A DNA stretch of 62,274 nt, filler included, from Platydemus manokwari (Eukaryota), in assembly GCA_037951405.1 (NCBI GenBank). It is 6 parts of 6 records of this genome, joined end to end, with 100 filler letters (N's around TTAATTAATTAA, not from the genome) between each part and the next. Parts side by side here need not be neighbours in the genome. Positions count along the whole stretch, not along the records: positions 1 to 9,697 come from JBBMOY011215989.1; positions 9,798 to 19,816 come from JBBMOY011179100.1; 4 more parts are not named here. One strand, written 5' to 3'. Both the position numbers and the translations under genes were made by a program. The stretch's first letter is position 1. Each line of letters opens with the position of its first letter. This document shows, piece by piece, positions 1 through 13,015 of the stretch. The notes beneath the pieces were generated by a model that worked only from the letters and a program-made list of their open reading frames with translations, had not been told where the DNA came from and ran no database searches.

Positions 1-275
1 CTGAATTCTTGCCACAGTTGTTTGGCGTCATCTCTCAAAAGCATATCAAATGCAAATGACAGTTCCATTTGATTAAATGTCGCGAAATCATTGGTTGTTT
101 GGAACCATTCCTCAGCATCTTGGATTGATGAATCGAATAATGACGGTTTCGGAATTAATAACTCCTGAGATTTTTTCGGTAAATTCGCAAAACTTTTCTG
201 CCTCTTTTCTCGTTTAGCTCTAGTCAGAGCATTAATTTCGGCTTGGTCGCCAGTAAAAACATAAGTCGCTTTCAT
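1..275 (-). mobile_element. Gag N-terminus of a Ty3/gypsy LTR retrotransposon; open frame running off the window edge
   Basis: Reverse complement from ATG at 275 reads MKATYVFTGDQAEINALTRAKREKRQKSFANLPKKSQELLIPKPSLFDSSIQDAEEWFQTTNDFATFNQMELSFAFDMLLRDDAKQLWQEF with no stop. It is homologous at DNA level to 51721-51970, which continues into a zinc knuckle, protease and RT. Confidence 0.8.
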
Positions 276-348
276 CAATATTTTATTTTATAATTTTAAA
301 AATCATACGCGGTTGTTTTTAATATTAAAACAAACTCATTTTATATCT

Positions 349-496
349 AATTATTACTATTATTATTATTACTATTATTACTACTATAACTACTATTATT
401 ATAATTATTATTATTGTTACTATTATTACTATTATTACTATTATTACTACTATAACTACTATTATTATCATGATTATAATAATTATTATTGTTACT
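349..496. repeat. Degenerate (TAT/TAC)n trinucleotide microsatellite
   Basis: Directly visible; it generates the poly-Tyr and poly-Asn junk ORFs. Confidence 0.95.
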
Positions 497-741
497 ATAG
501 TTGGTCTTTAACATGATAAATTGCATTCCACAATTAAACGGATATTTTTCCTTCTTTTCAGCCTTCAATCGTGGCATATCGGATTATTAATATTTGATTT
601 TTTTACCATAAGAATAATAAAAACTTCAAATCAAAGTTATTTATCGACATTGAAAATGAGATTAAAAAGAGAAATCTCTAATATTTGATTGATGGGAAAT
701 AAATTGAGAATTTATTTGATTTAATGGCTACCTTATATATA

Positions 742-857
742 TGGAGAGAGAGATGGAGAGGGAGAGAAAGAGAAAGAGAGAGAGAAGGAGAGAGTGAGAG
801 AGAAAGAGAGAAAAAGAGCGAGAAAGAGAGAAAAAGAGCGAGAAAGAGAGAGGGAGA
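742..857. repeat. GA-rich polypurine low-complexity tract
   Basis: gagagagagatggagagggagagaaagagaaag... directly visible. Confidence 0.9.
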
Positions 858-1478
858 TGAATATTTAATATATAAATTCTGCTGGTAAGTGAAAATCACC
901 GCAAAAATAATCGATAAAAAATAACTGTAAAAATACTGATAAAATTAATCAATTTATCCATTAATTAATGAGTCATGTTTATATGAAATCAATAATCATT
1001 TGTCACCAATATAAAATATAAGTTAATATCTGTATTGAAAAGACAATATCTATATTTGTATTAATATCCCCTACAAAAATCGTTAGTTTCATCGTTTATC
1101 TACTAAGGAATTTTATTGGAGATATTATTAGGCATTTTCCGTGAAAAAATAGACATCAATTAAATATTCTAAAAATAACAATGACAACCGATTAGAAAAT
1201 TCAGCTTGAAAATTAATCATGAAAATACGGTTTTCAAACAAATCATACAGAAATTTCCATTGAAAAATAAATGAAAAATATTTTTTTCAAAAACTTGTCG
1301 AAACCTTAAGATTCAAGCTTAGGATTAAAAAATTTATTTTTACATTTAATTTATATTTAATTATAATTGTTCCATATGAAGACAGTTATATTATTATTTA
1401 TAAATTTCTACTCGCTCGGGGTTTGGCGCTTAGCAGTGTGATTTTCAATCGATAATCTAAAAGTATCTTCGAAATAAT

Positions 1479-1683
1479 TGTAACCCGCTAGTATTTGATA
1501 AAGCAGGCATTGAAAACACACTGAAAAGTCACGATACCGAATTATATATCTACATACAATTATTTAAATTAATTAATTTAATTTTATATAAACTTCTCAA
1601 AATCAAATCCAGTGATTGGTCGCCATGTAATATAAAATTTGGACTAAATCTTTAAGCATTTAATCCTTTTAAAGATTCTCAAA
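1479..1683 (+). mobile_element. Short TG..CA interspersed element (mini solo-LTR-like family), copy 1
   Basis: Starts TGTAACCCGCTAGTATTTGATAAAGCAGGCATTGAAAACACACTGAAAAGTCACGA; degenerate end ATTCTCAAA; flanked by ATAAT/ATAAT. Confidence 0.65.
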
Positions 1684-2129
1684 ATAATGAAAACAGATTA
1701 ATTCAAAGATAAATGTAAAAGTAATAAATAGAGCAACTATGATCTTTTCTTACTCTCACAATGACTTTGTATTAGAAAATATTATTATTTCATTTCCATA
1801 GTAAGTGTTTCCATTTTGAAAATTCGATATTCCTTTATTTTTACTGTTTAACTACAAGATATTTTGCCATTAAAATCTCTAATCAGTCTAGTTTATCACA
1901 CCATCACACAATATGAGCTCAAACTTCAATAATAAAAAAGAAGAGCAACTATCTCATCATTAACGTGGCATTATTTGAAAATTAGTTATTTTATTAAATA
2001 TGATGCTATTATACTGGAGTCGATATCATCCAGCTGTCAACATTTTCCACACAATACTGTTTCTTGTCCAAATTATCCCAAATAAATTGTTCTCTGTAAA
2101 CCACACAAATGTCTCCATGAAATTCAATA

Positions 2130-2308
2130 NNNNNNNNNNNNNNNNNNNNNNNNNNNNNNNNNNNNNNNNNNNNNNNNNNNNNNNNNNNNNNNNNNNNNNN
2201 NNNNNNNNNNNNNNNNNNNNNNNNNNNNNNNNNNNNNNNNNNNNNNNNNNNNNNNNNNNNNNNNNNNNNNNNNNNNNNNNNNNNNNNNNNNNNNNNNNNN
2301 NNNNNNNN
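2130..2308. other. Assembly gap (179 N, no linker)
   Basis: Run of N. Confidence 1.
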
Positions 2309-2334
2309 CATCTTTATCCCAATTTATATCACAT

Positions 2335-2510
2335 TAAAAAATAATCATTATAAAACACGCACTGAAAACGCTTGACAGAAAAGTCACGAGATAAAATCGT
2401 GTATTTAACTACAAGTTTTTTAAATAAATTGATTTCAAAAACTGGATTATAAAATCTGTTAAATTCATTAATTAGGAATGGATCATCATTATTATTTCGA
2501 AATCCTCATA
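2335..2510 (+). mobile_element. Mini solo-LTR-like family, copy 2 (5' end degraded)
   Basis: Core ATAAAACACGCACTGAAAACG...GAAAAGTCACGA and end AAATCCTCATA. Confidence 0.6.
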
Positions 2511-4049
2511 AATGTTATTATCATTATCGATTTTTGAATAGAAATTTGATTGGGTATTTATAGTTTCGAATTTATCCAGATAAGTTGTCGATTATTGCTG
2601 TTTCCTTTTAATCCTTTCGTAAAATCTTTCGCATGATGTGATGAATATTCGGTGCCATTCTGGTTCACTGGTTTTTTTGCCTGATATCGTATTCTCTTCA
2701 TGTTTGCTGATATCTAACCACCGTGATATTATCCACTTGGATGATATTATCTTGCCATCACTGATCATATGGTTTTCCTGGGTTGGTTTGTGCTAGATTA
2801 TGATACGTCCCGATTGCCTCTCCAACAAAATGTTCAATATGTTTTTTGAATATTGTGGTTAAATAGATTTTCAAGTTGAACTTCTTGAATAGTTTTCAAT
2901 TTTGATCTAATAAAATGTGGGAGATAACATGGCGGCAAATGATTTGGATTCGATTCTAATAAGATCAATGTCAGCAAGTATAGATAAGTGGAATTCCAAC
3001 AAGATGGGTTCAAATACAAGATGTAAGATTCGCATTGTTCCCTCATATTCGAGGGAATAGGTTTTGATAAATAAGATGAGAATATGGAAGATAGAGAATA
3101 CATAGAGTGGATGGAGAAAACAGAATAGAAAGTTATATGTAGGTGATGAAGAATACATGGATTATATATATATCGAATACATGTTTAATCCAATGATGGT
3201 AGTAATTTTATAGTAATGCAATGTATTAAAACAAATAACTCGATAAATTTTTAAAAGCGTTATAAATAACACTTGTCAATTCTGAGTGAGTTGATAATAA
3301 TATCGCCCGAATTTAAAATTTTAAATCTCTAAAAATATTTATCATTTTTCTGTTTGTATTTCAAAAACATATATGGGATAATATTTATTTTCATTTCACT
3401 CGTTTTCACCATAATTGATAGGATTAACCGCTTAAATTGAAATCGCCCCGATGTTGTGTTCATTTTAATATCGATTTTATCGATAGAAATTGTTCTGACT
3501 TTTAACACTTCTCACTACATCACGAATGGAAAAAACATTCTCGTTTATTTTTCAAAATCAATTATCTTTGTTGACGTTGTTTATTTCTCAATTTTCTGTC
3601 TTTTTGTTGTCCTGGCAAATATTGAAAGCAAAACAAATCAATTTAAACAAAAATTTATACGAATTGAGGTAAAAAAAATTTTCTTTACAATACAAAGGAT
3701 TTTTAGATATTTTTATATTTTCTGTTTAACTTGAATTCAACCAATAAATAAATACATAATTAAAATTTAATTAAATTTCTCATTATTGGAAATTAGGGAA
3801 TGAAAACTCAATTTTTGCCACAAAAAAATTCTCCATAAAATTCTTTCCCACGACTATGAAATTATTTTTAGAAAATTCGATTTGATAAATCAGAATTTCT
3901 TAATTTCCACAGTTGTTGTCTTTAATTGATCTACAAATCACTCGATAAAGATTTTCTGTCTAATCCAATCGATATATTTGAAAAAAATTTTATTTTATAT
4001 TTATATGTATTGGTTAATGTGGTTTTATTAAAAATTTATGATACTGTAA

Positions 4050-6430
4050 ATAACATTTTAATTAACTTTGAGATCGATAAGTCGGTGAGTTTGAGAGTAG
4101 CATGGCCACAAGGCAGCGCTCTTAACGAGGTTAGGGTAGGCTTATTAAAAGGTTTGACCCAGGATCAAGAAAAGACTCTGAATTCAGACTACTCGATATA
4201 TGGAAAGAAAAAAAATCATAACAAGGACCAATGATCGATCAGCTTCTTATGAAATTTTATTGAATCTGATTTAATAGCCTACCAAATTTAGTAGTTGACA
4301 CTGAATTGACGGACTTTTGACATTGATTGGCTTTGTATTGGTTAATTTAAGTGTCTGCTTGATTTTATTCACCGTCTTCTGTTCTGCCAGAATCTCAACG
4401 AACGGTGAAAATGGATAGGCTTGAAGACAGTAAGTTTTACAAAATTGATGTTTACATCAACGCTTAGTGAGTTCGACCACTACTCTTTGTTCGGCTCGAG
4501 AACAGTGACTCACATCCGGGTTAATGGGAATCTCGTCTACTTGGTAGGTATTACCCATCAGACAAGTACATAAGCGTCCCAGAATGATGGTGGTGTCAAA
4601 TTTGAGCTTGTTTGACCAGATTTTTGGCATCTAACAGTGAATTAATGACAATCGCAAAAAGGAGCATGGAAAGAAGGAAACTCTGTTTATCCCTAGCATA
4701 ATTGGGATCCCTGTCATGACCGTATTCAAACCCTTATAATAAGCGCTCACATCAGTATAAATGTCTTTGATCATCTCAATAAAATCACCGCTGACACCAT
4801 ATTTTGGTGTGACACACTGAGAAATGAGCTTATGATATCAAGGAAGGCGATCGACACGGTTTGAACGTGCATCATGCTTTACAAAAACTTCATTCAAGAG
4901 AGCATTGTGTTCAGTACACCCCTAAAACTGTCACCCCTATTTTCGTAGTGCTCAATATCATATTAACCAATTGCAATTCTACTTGATCCATCTTCATCAA
5001 ACCTTAACAAAACTAATGATCTTGTTAAAAAGATCAACCAATAGTTCCCCTAAAGAATCCAGAATCTTCAAATGTTAATAATTCAAATTATCAGGCCCAT
5101 GAGTACAATTACGAAGCGATTTCAGAAAATTCACTCGACACACAAAGATTCAAAATCTTCGGTGAAACCAGATCAAAAATATCATTTGTGTAAGTTGTGA
5201 AAATCTCTGTCATGTTAATCCACTTTTTATACAAGCTTCGTGCAAGAAAAACTTTCTCCACCGTAACCTTTTGTTTGGCTTTGAACGTTGCTAATTAATA
5301 TAATATTATACTACCAGGAAGCTTGTAAGTGTTCCTTAGACCAAGATAGAATCGAGGCCTCATTGAAATATGAGACAAAATAACTTTGGTCATACTTTCG
5401 ACATCAAGATTTTCCTACTGTAACAGAATCTCTGGACATTTACTACCACGTTCCGATAATGTCGATTTATTTTCAGTAACTTTATTTTAGCATATCGGTT
5501 CACAGACGGTTTCATCCATACCAACATTTACAAATGGCTGTAAAATTTCACAAAATTTCTCCAGTTCGATATTCGTCAGAGACATATCCTTGGTATATGA
5601 TAAATGACAAACTCTGCGACACAAATCTTCAACCCCCCTTGTATCTAAATATCACCAACTTATTTGTTATGCCCCTAATAAGATCGACAATTCTTGGTTA
5701 CTAAACGATGTGATCGGATTGAAGAGACAATACTCCCAACTTGAGAAGTCAATGATCACAAGAACCATCTGATAATTTGGTAAGAAAATCAAACAAAAGA
5801 TCACACCAACTTTCTGAATTTTGGCCTTATAAATAATGACAATCATAATGATACGTATCTTTCACAAATTAGATTAAGGCGGAGAAAGTAATAACATCCT
5901 TGTATGAAAATTTTGATTTGATTTAAGGCGTTCTTAACTTTATTACGGTTTGTATTACAAAACCGATTGTATAAAGTTCTCCCAAAATTAGTATTTTGAG
6001 AGTCCATAGCTCATTGGTCATTGTTTAAAACGAATTTCAGATTGACACGTCTCTTGTAGAAAAGACATCTCATAAATCGCCCGAATATAAATAGAGCACT
6101 CTCTAATTTCTCATCACAAAAGCCAGGACTAAGATTCAGACTCGATGTTCGTGTTGAATTGAAATAAATGAACATACGTGAAACTACACCAATTTCGAAA
6201 GCGTTACGAACAAAAGAAACATTGATAAACTGTTGGTATATGATTCCATTGAGCGATGGTACCACCACCACATAAGGTCACCAGAGAATTAATTTCAGCA
6301 GAATTAAGATTCATGTACCGACTGCTGAGATGGCAGGAAAATTTTCGAAAGTCTTCAATGGAAATACTAGCGTCCGGGAGACGATTATCTCTGGATAACT
6401 GGATGGCATAAACACAGATCATTGGTCTAT
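4050..6430 (-). mobile_element. Decayed non-LTR retrotransposon of the RLE type (R2/R4/NeSL-like)
   Basis: Minus-strand fragments in the expected order: degenerate C2H2 finger YQCFFCS*RFRNWCSFTYVH (~6170-6230); domain-0-like HGPDNLNY*HLKILDSLGELLVDL (~5030-5100); GCTEHNALLNEVF (~4885-4921); AFLDIISSFLSVSH (~4808-4849); YGVSGDFIEMIKDIYTD; and a GI(KQ)..LSMLLFAIVINSLL motif. Many stops and frameshifts. Boundaries approximate. Confidence 0.8.
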
Positions 6431-8199
6431 AATCTTTATCATTATCCTAAAATCTCATATTGAATGATTGTTCATGACAAATCTGATGATTGGTTTCGAA
6501 ATAACAGTTCGAAATGTATACATCTTAGAGAATTTAACCAGTGACCCAATATCACACAATAACTGACTAACGCGACGTGATCTCGAGACATAATCCTCAT
6601 TGTTCTGAACACTAATTTTGGACAGCCGATCCCCCAGAATCGATTTAATAAGACTCAGCTAAACTTTATTGATTGGTCGCGTCCTGAGTTTAGGTTTGTT
6701 TTGATTTTTCGAAACAGAAACAGGCAGGTTTCAGATCACCTGTTAAGATTTGAACATTTCTTTTATCTCCATTCGTAGGCATTTTTATTATAAATATTCA
6801 AATCCTCTAAATCTCTATTAAGAAGATTTGAATTGTCATAAAAGTAGAATAATTTAAAATGTGATCATCGAAATTATAATTAATCGATAATCCATTATTT
6901 GTATTTCTAAAATTAGAATTTTGAGTATCATAAAAAAATACTGTAATCATAATCAAAGTGTTACGAATCTTTGTATTAAAAACTTGAATGTTTAAAGATA
7001 AGGATTGTTTCTTTAATGCCGATTCTATTATTTTATAATTATTTTATTTTATTAAATAGATAAAATTAGCAAATAACGTCTGAAAGGATTTAACAAATGT
7101 AGAAATCCTATTATTAACCTCGATTTCAGATAATGAACAATGTTTACCAGAATTCACTATCATATTTAAGGAACTACATCCAATATTTAAAAACCACGTG
7201 TGGTCATCATGATCGTGATAAATTGGCGATATCAGATTTATTGTCAGAATTAAAATGTAAATTAAATTTTAAAATAAATTTATCAAGAAAATTCAAATAA
7301 TTTAAAGTAGATTAAAAAAGCTTAAAATTCTGATCTACAATAGTTTTGATTACGATGGATAAGCTGGATAGAAATAATTTTAAGTGCACATTAAATAATA
7401 TATAGTTGTCATCAAAATTCGTATTAACTAACGAAGATTATCAAATTTATCAAAAAGATTTATAAAAGAATTTAACAAATCAATCGAATTAGTAAAAAAA
7501 ACGTGAAAATACACTTACGTAATCTGTTTGCATCGACATCATAAATCATCATTACGTCAGTGACGTAATCAGTACGTGCAGAGGTATCAGCAGGTTTTGT
7601 CATCACGGAGCTTAGTTGAACAAATTTTTTTGGCTCTCTGATTTGCAACTTTGAAGCGTGGATCTTTGATATCTGCTACGGCATTGAACCCGTAGATTGT
7701 GATGATGGTGAAGAGAACATAAAACCTCAGAAACAAATCACAATGGTTTATTTTAGTATTCCGCAATTCTAATAGAATCTTTGAATGGAAGCCAGTGAGC
7801 GGCATCATTGATTATTCAGGGATACCACAACTCGAATTGTGTTCTGTCCAAAGAATCGAAGAACGATGAGCTGGAGTGTAACATCTTGTATTTCCATTAA
7901 AGCTCCCTCACAGAGCTATCACGGGACATTGTTTGCTTCAAATTCAATAACAATCAAATATTCAAATCCCAATCATTTTCAAAACATCATTTCACGTGTT
8001 GTTGTTAGTTTCATAGCTAACTCGATGTATAAATGAAAATTTAAATTATAAAACCCAAATAATCAGACAGAAGTGTTGTGATACAAATGGGAACCTGATT
8101 TTAAAATTATGTTTTCTGAATAAAGTTGGAAACAAGAACATTGAAGGGTTTGATTATACTTTGAAAATTGTAATCCTCAGAACTATAATAACAAATAAA

Positions 8200-9500
8200 C
8201 TATGGCGGTCAATTTTCATCTCAATGTCTTCTCCAATTCTCCCCAAATCAATTTAAAATTATTAAAATCTTTTCAAATATCCCTCCATTGAACACAAACC
8301 CTTTTACATCTCAATGGTCGTGGAAAAGATACACTGCAAAGTACCAAATTTTCGATAAACTCAAAACAGTTCCACACTAAAACTGTGCAATACAACAACT
8401 TATAAACGGTACACTACAACAATTCTCATTATAATTTACTTGTTCATCGGTCTTCCTATCAATTTAATCCATTTCCAAAAATCTGAAATTGTAAACAACT
8501 TTCATTATGGAGCTTTTACGGATATTTGCTTGGTCTTTATTGATTTTATGTTTGATACAACAAATACTAAATACAAATTCTAACCTCCAAGTCATGTTTA
8601 ATTTCTTTCGTTAGGCCTCATTTCATGAAAGCCAGTCGGTGTATATAAAGCCCTCATCTTTCCTAGGATCTTGACTTCATCATTCTTCTCGTCATACTTC
8701 TCATTATTTACATCAAAACAATGATCACTTCTTCTTCTCTTGATTCTGGAAGTCAGTGATATCACTTACATAATCTCAAAACATTGTCCATTGAACACAA
8801 AGTCTGTCTTGCTTAGTATTCAATTTTTCTCATCACTATTTCTGAATACAATCTATTTTTTGCGAAATATTGTATTTGAAAAATTTAACTTTTCGAAAAA
8901 TATCCGCCATTTTATCGGTTTCAATGTTTGAAAATAACTTCCTCTTTATATCTCATTGATATTATCAGAAAACAAGTATTGATATACTTCCCAGTCCTCA
9001 AGATTCTTAGATATTATTTTCAAAATGCTCATTTTCAGAATGTTTTTTAAATAACTGGTAATCCCTGTTTGAATAATAATTTCTTTGAGATCGCTTATCA
9101 GTGATCAGAATACAACAATCAAACTACTGACTTTAGGATAATAATTTATAAAAAGCAGCTCATATAATTATTTCACTGCCACATATTAGCCAGGTTCATC
9201 ACTATATTTACAAATTAAACGTAAATTGATCGAAAAATCAAGTTTTGGTACATTTTCCTACAGTCTTTCCTTATCTAAACTGTCTACCAACAATTCAAGT
9301 GGATTCAAGCAAATCATAAACACAAACTAAATTTAGATGCATAGATTATTATTTTTCCTCAAAGTTTCTAATCCTTAGATTGCTTCTTTTGGTACTTTGG
9401 TATATAATGGTTCTTGGATTAGTTTAAGGAATGTATTCGATAATTGTTTTACTTTGCTGACTTCTTCTAACCTTATTGGTGAGAAATATTCTTGATTAGA
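8200..9500 (-). mobile_element. Heavily decayed LTR-retrotransposon pol remnant (RNase H/integrase-like)
   Basis: Weak motif traces on the minus strand (LYSDH resembling the RNase H YTDH motif; Cys-rich integrase zinc-binding-like stretch). No open frame. Confidence 0.35.
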
Positions 9501-9549
9501 ATATCAAAAGGTCATTCATTAAATTCATTTATTTAAAAATCATATTACT

Positions 9550-9697
9550 TTCAATAATAATGATAATAATAATGACAATAATAATACTATTATTAATAAT
9601 AATAATATGAATAATATTAAAAATAATAATAATAAGAAGAATAAAATTGAGAAAAATAATGATAATATTAGTGACAATAATAATAGCAAATGATATT
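9550..9697. repeat. Degenerate (AAT)n tract at contig end
   Basis: Directly visible. Confidence 0.85.
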
Positions 9698-9797
9698 NNN
9701 NNNNNNNNNNNNNNNNNNNNNNNNNNNNNNNNNNNNNNNNNTTAATTAATTAANNNNNNNNNNNNNNNNNNNNNNNNNNNNNNNNNNNNNNNNNNNN
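9698..9797. other. Artificial 100-nt contig-joining linker (N-TTAATTAATTAA-N)
   Basis: The same cassette occurs five times; TTAATTAATTAA gives stop codons in all six frames. Confidence 0.97.
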
Positions 9798-9798
9798 A

Positions 9799-10384
9799 AT
9801 TTTCTCTGGATTTATTCTTCTGCAAATATTTATTATTTTAATTTATTTCAAATTTGGTAATTTACATCAAAAAAATAATTTGGATCATGTCAGAAGAAAT
9901 TTAGCTCCAATAGATACTAAATTAAGATTCTATAAAGATCTGATTAATTCATTTGTATGTTAATTATTTTATATGCTTAATTTTTGAAAATGTTTTAAGA
10001 TTCCACAAAGTGAGGCTACATTACGCGCCATCAGAGGTGATATCGTAGCTCTTTTATTTTTAATCAGTAATAAACTGCGAATTAATACTCACAAATTATA
10101 CAAGCAGATTAATTTAAGTAACAACAATGCAGAAGATTATTTGAATAAGAAATCTCCAACCATCCCAATATTAATTATAGCATGTAATCGAAGTGGAGTA
10201 GAAAGAACTATCAAACAAATAATTAAATACCGACCAAATCAAAAATTTTGGCCTATAATAATATCGCAGGGATGCGAAGACGATAAAACTAGAAATTTAA
10301 TTCTAAAGTATAGACAGCATTTCTCAAGTTTTGTCACAAATGTTCCCAAAATAACAGCTTATAATACAAACCCACAATTTAAAG
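9799..10384 (+). CDS. MGAT1: Alpha-1,3-mannosyl-glycoprotein 2-beta-N-acetylglucosaminyltransferase (GnT-I, GT13)-like, 5' exons only (9799-9954, 10000-10384)
   Basis: Exon 1 encodes a type II membrane anchor (IFSGFILLQIFIILIYF); 45-nt GT-AG intron at 9955-9999; exon 2 encodes IPILIIACNRSGVERTIKQIIKYRPNQKFWPIIISQGC, matching GnT-I IPILVIACDR..VRR.LDKLLHYRP...FPIIVSQDC; donor G|GTGAGA at 10385. Confidence 0.8.
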
Positions 10385-12775
10385 GTGAGACCAATTTTAA
10401 ATAATAATCTGATAATTATTTTTTTGTTGTTAAAATCAAATTAAAAAAAAATCTTAATTATAATATGCTATTAATTATGAAAAATTATATATTATTTAAC
10501 TATTCGGTAGATTGATTGGTGATATCATAAATGAGATGATTTAATAATTAAATTAATCAGACAATAATAATTTTTTCATAAAAGAAACATTTGTTATATC
10601 GATCGATATTAGAATGTTGAGGCACGCAACTTTCAAATGAGATCACAATCAATATCATAATAATAATAATAATCGATTTTACGTTTCATAATAATGTGGG
10701 TTGTGTGATATTTAGTCAGTAGTATATTTTTATCAGTAACCCTTTTCAATTCAGAATTTGTTATTGATGAATAAGAAATTGATAGATTTATTAGTTAAAA
10801 TTTTCAATTAGCAAAAAACCATCTCATCGGAAATTGTCTTGCGAAAGGCGTCATAGAGAGAGAGAAAAAAACAAAACATATTGCTATGTATATGCAGGTA
10901 TATCACCGACAAACACACCATGACAGGTGCCATTGAGTGTCATATTAATTATAGTTTTGTTTTTTTTTAATTTTTCATTATTTTTAGTTTTATTATTTCG
11001 ATTTTTTGAAATTATAATAATTATAAAAATATGAAAACTTCTTTTATGGATTGCAAGCATAATCTAATAAAAACTAAAAAAATATTTAAAAAAAATTGAG
11101 TAAAAATAATGGAAAAAAAACAAAAAAATATAAAATTTACTGAAAAAAGATAATTAATAGCCGAAGAATAGAAAATATAAAAAGAAAAACAATGCTTCTA
11201 TTGTATTTTCATTTGTATGTGTTTTAGTTTTTTTATTCTTTCTTCTTTTCTTATTATTTTATCACATAAAATCTACTGTTGGCGAATTGAGGAAAAACTC
11301 ATTGTTAAACGGAATCGGGGTGTATTATTCGGTGAAAAATCAACAAAAACTTGATTATAAACTATTATGTAACTCAGGTAAGGAAATCTATGTGTGCGCT
11401 TTGAAATTGTTTTCATTTGTTTTCGCTTGCACATTAATGAGAAACTACTCACAATTGAAATTAGTACGATATAATTGGGATTAATTTATGGTTTTATTTG
11501 ATATTTGCATTTAACAGGACAAAATCAATCTCTCTATAGTAGTGATAAGAATTAAAAATTATTCGCCACCCATTTTTTTTTCTATTTCTAAGATCAATTA
11601 TGTTTTATTGTCTTTATAAATCTAATTTGAGCTAATTGAAACATTGATTTATACATCTAGAGAATAATATTCATTTATTAAAATTGTGTGTGTGCGCGCA
11701 TAATTTTTAAAAAGTTGAGTATTTGAAATTATTCGAACTCTTGCTTGCACTTATCTAATATAAGGCCACGGCTAATTATTAGATTTTATCGTAATAATAA
11801 TCTGATTCGATAATAATCATTTTGAAAATAAATCAAGCTATTTAAATTGATGCTGTGAATATTTTTGGATTTATTTGTTTATTATCGATTGATAAATGAC
11901 AGAAATATTTGCACTTTTTAGATATTATAATCTAATTTGAACTTATTATTATTATATTAATCATTTGGCATACATTGACGAATCAAATTCGCTCCGCTCT
12001 GTTTTTTGGGAAATGTTCTATAAAATGTTTTGTAACTGACATCAATATTCGTATAAATACCCTCACAACCATGGTGCTGAACGCATTGAATGGATTTCAT
12101 TTCTATATTTACATCATTTAGATCCAATCAAAATTATATTTTAATGATATCGATTATCGATACATATGGTATTTTTATGAGTTATCGATATATATAAGCA
12201 GTTGGTTATTGTTTGTTTTAATTGATTGGTGTAAATATTTACTATTTGGTCCAAAAGCAAATCAACAAACGATTTATTTGTGACGAGAGATTATAAAATT
12301 TTTCGATTATATTATTTTTTTATTCTTCTGGAACGTCGATTCAAGATCATTATTTATTTTTATTCTGAATCAATCAATGAATTGATCGTTGTGTTACTAA
12401 TATCGATAATATCATAAAATTGACCCAATATCGATTCATATCAAACAATTTTAGAAAATAATTAAAGGGAAACAAATATCGAAAAAGTGTCCTACAAGCA
12501 TCCCCCAATATGCAAAAAAATATTCTGTAATTCATTGAATATTCAAAGAAAAATACAAACTCTTTATTATTGATTATTATAGAATAGAGAGTGTTTTTTC
12601 CTGGATCTATTTTTACAAATTCGAAAATATTATCTACTTTTCTTCACAATACAAGTTAAATAAATGGAATTAATCACTTTGAAAACATTTTGGAATACTG
12701 AAGACCTTTATCGAAGATCTATTAATAAGGCACCTGGGCGATTATTATGCTTATTTTGAAAGTAATGCGTTGGTA

Positions 12776-13015
12776 CAGTGATTCCAAAACTTTTTGAGCG
12801 TAGCATATTTCAGAATAAATATTACTTAGCGCCTCCAAAATTACTCACGCCAAATTAAGCGTTTTGAGCGAACGAGATAAATCAAAATTTTCAATAGTCA
12901 TTTTCTTACATTCTTATAGGATTATCGCCCCCAAATGAGCTTGTATTCACCACCGACCTTCTGGATCCTTGCAGCACCTACCAGGGGGCGGTAGCTCTCA
13001 CTTTGGAAATTCATG
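12776..13015. mobile_element. hAT-type MITE
   Basis: Termini CAGTGATTCCAAAAC ... CTTTGGAAATTCATG; 8-bp TSD CGTTGGTA/CGTTGATA (7/8 match). Confidence 0.8.

Noticed and set aside
313-899. ORFs of poly-Tyr, poly-Asn and Ser-Leu repeats
   Set aside because: They are translations of microsatellite and GA-rich tracts.
2000-2344. ORFs spanning the N gap
   Set aside because: Open only because of Ns.
3926-4234. 102-aa plus-strand ORF
   Set aside because: No family motif; it overlaps the antisense of the decayed non-LTR element.
9741-9753. TTAATTAATTAA recurring about every 10 kb as a possible regulatory or CRISPR-like repeat
   Set aside because: Always embedded in a fixed 100-nt N cassette, so it is an assembly linker.
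11945-12067. Possible eighth mini-LTR copy (GGCATACATTGA ... TATAAATACCCTCACA)
   Set aside because: Too degenerate; no clear 5' end or TSD.
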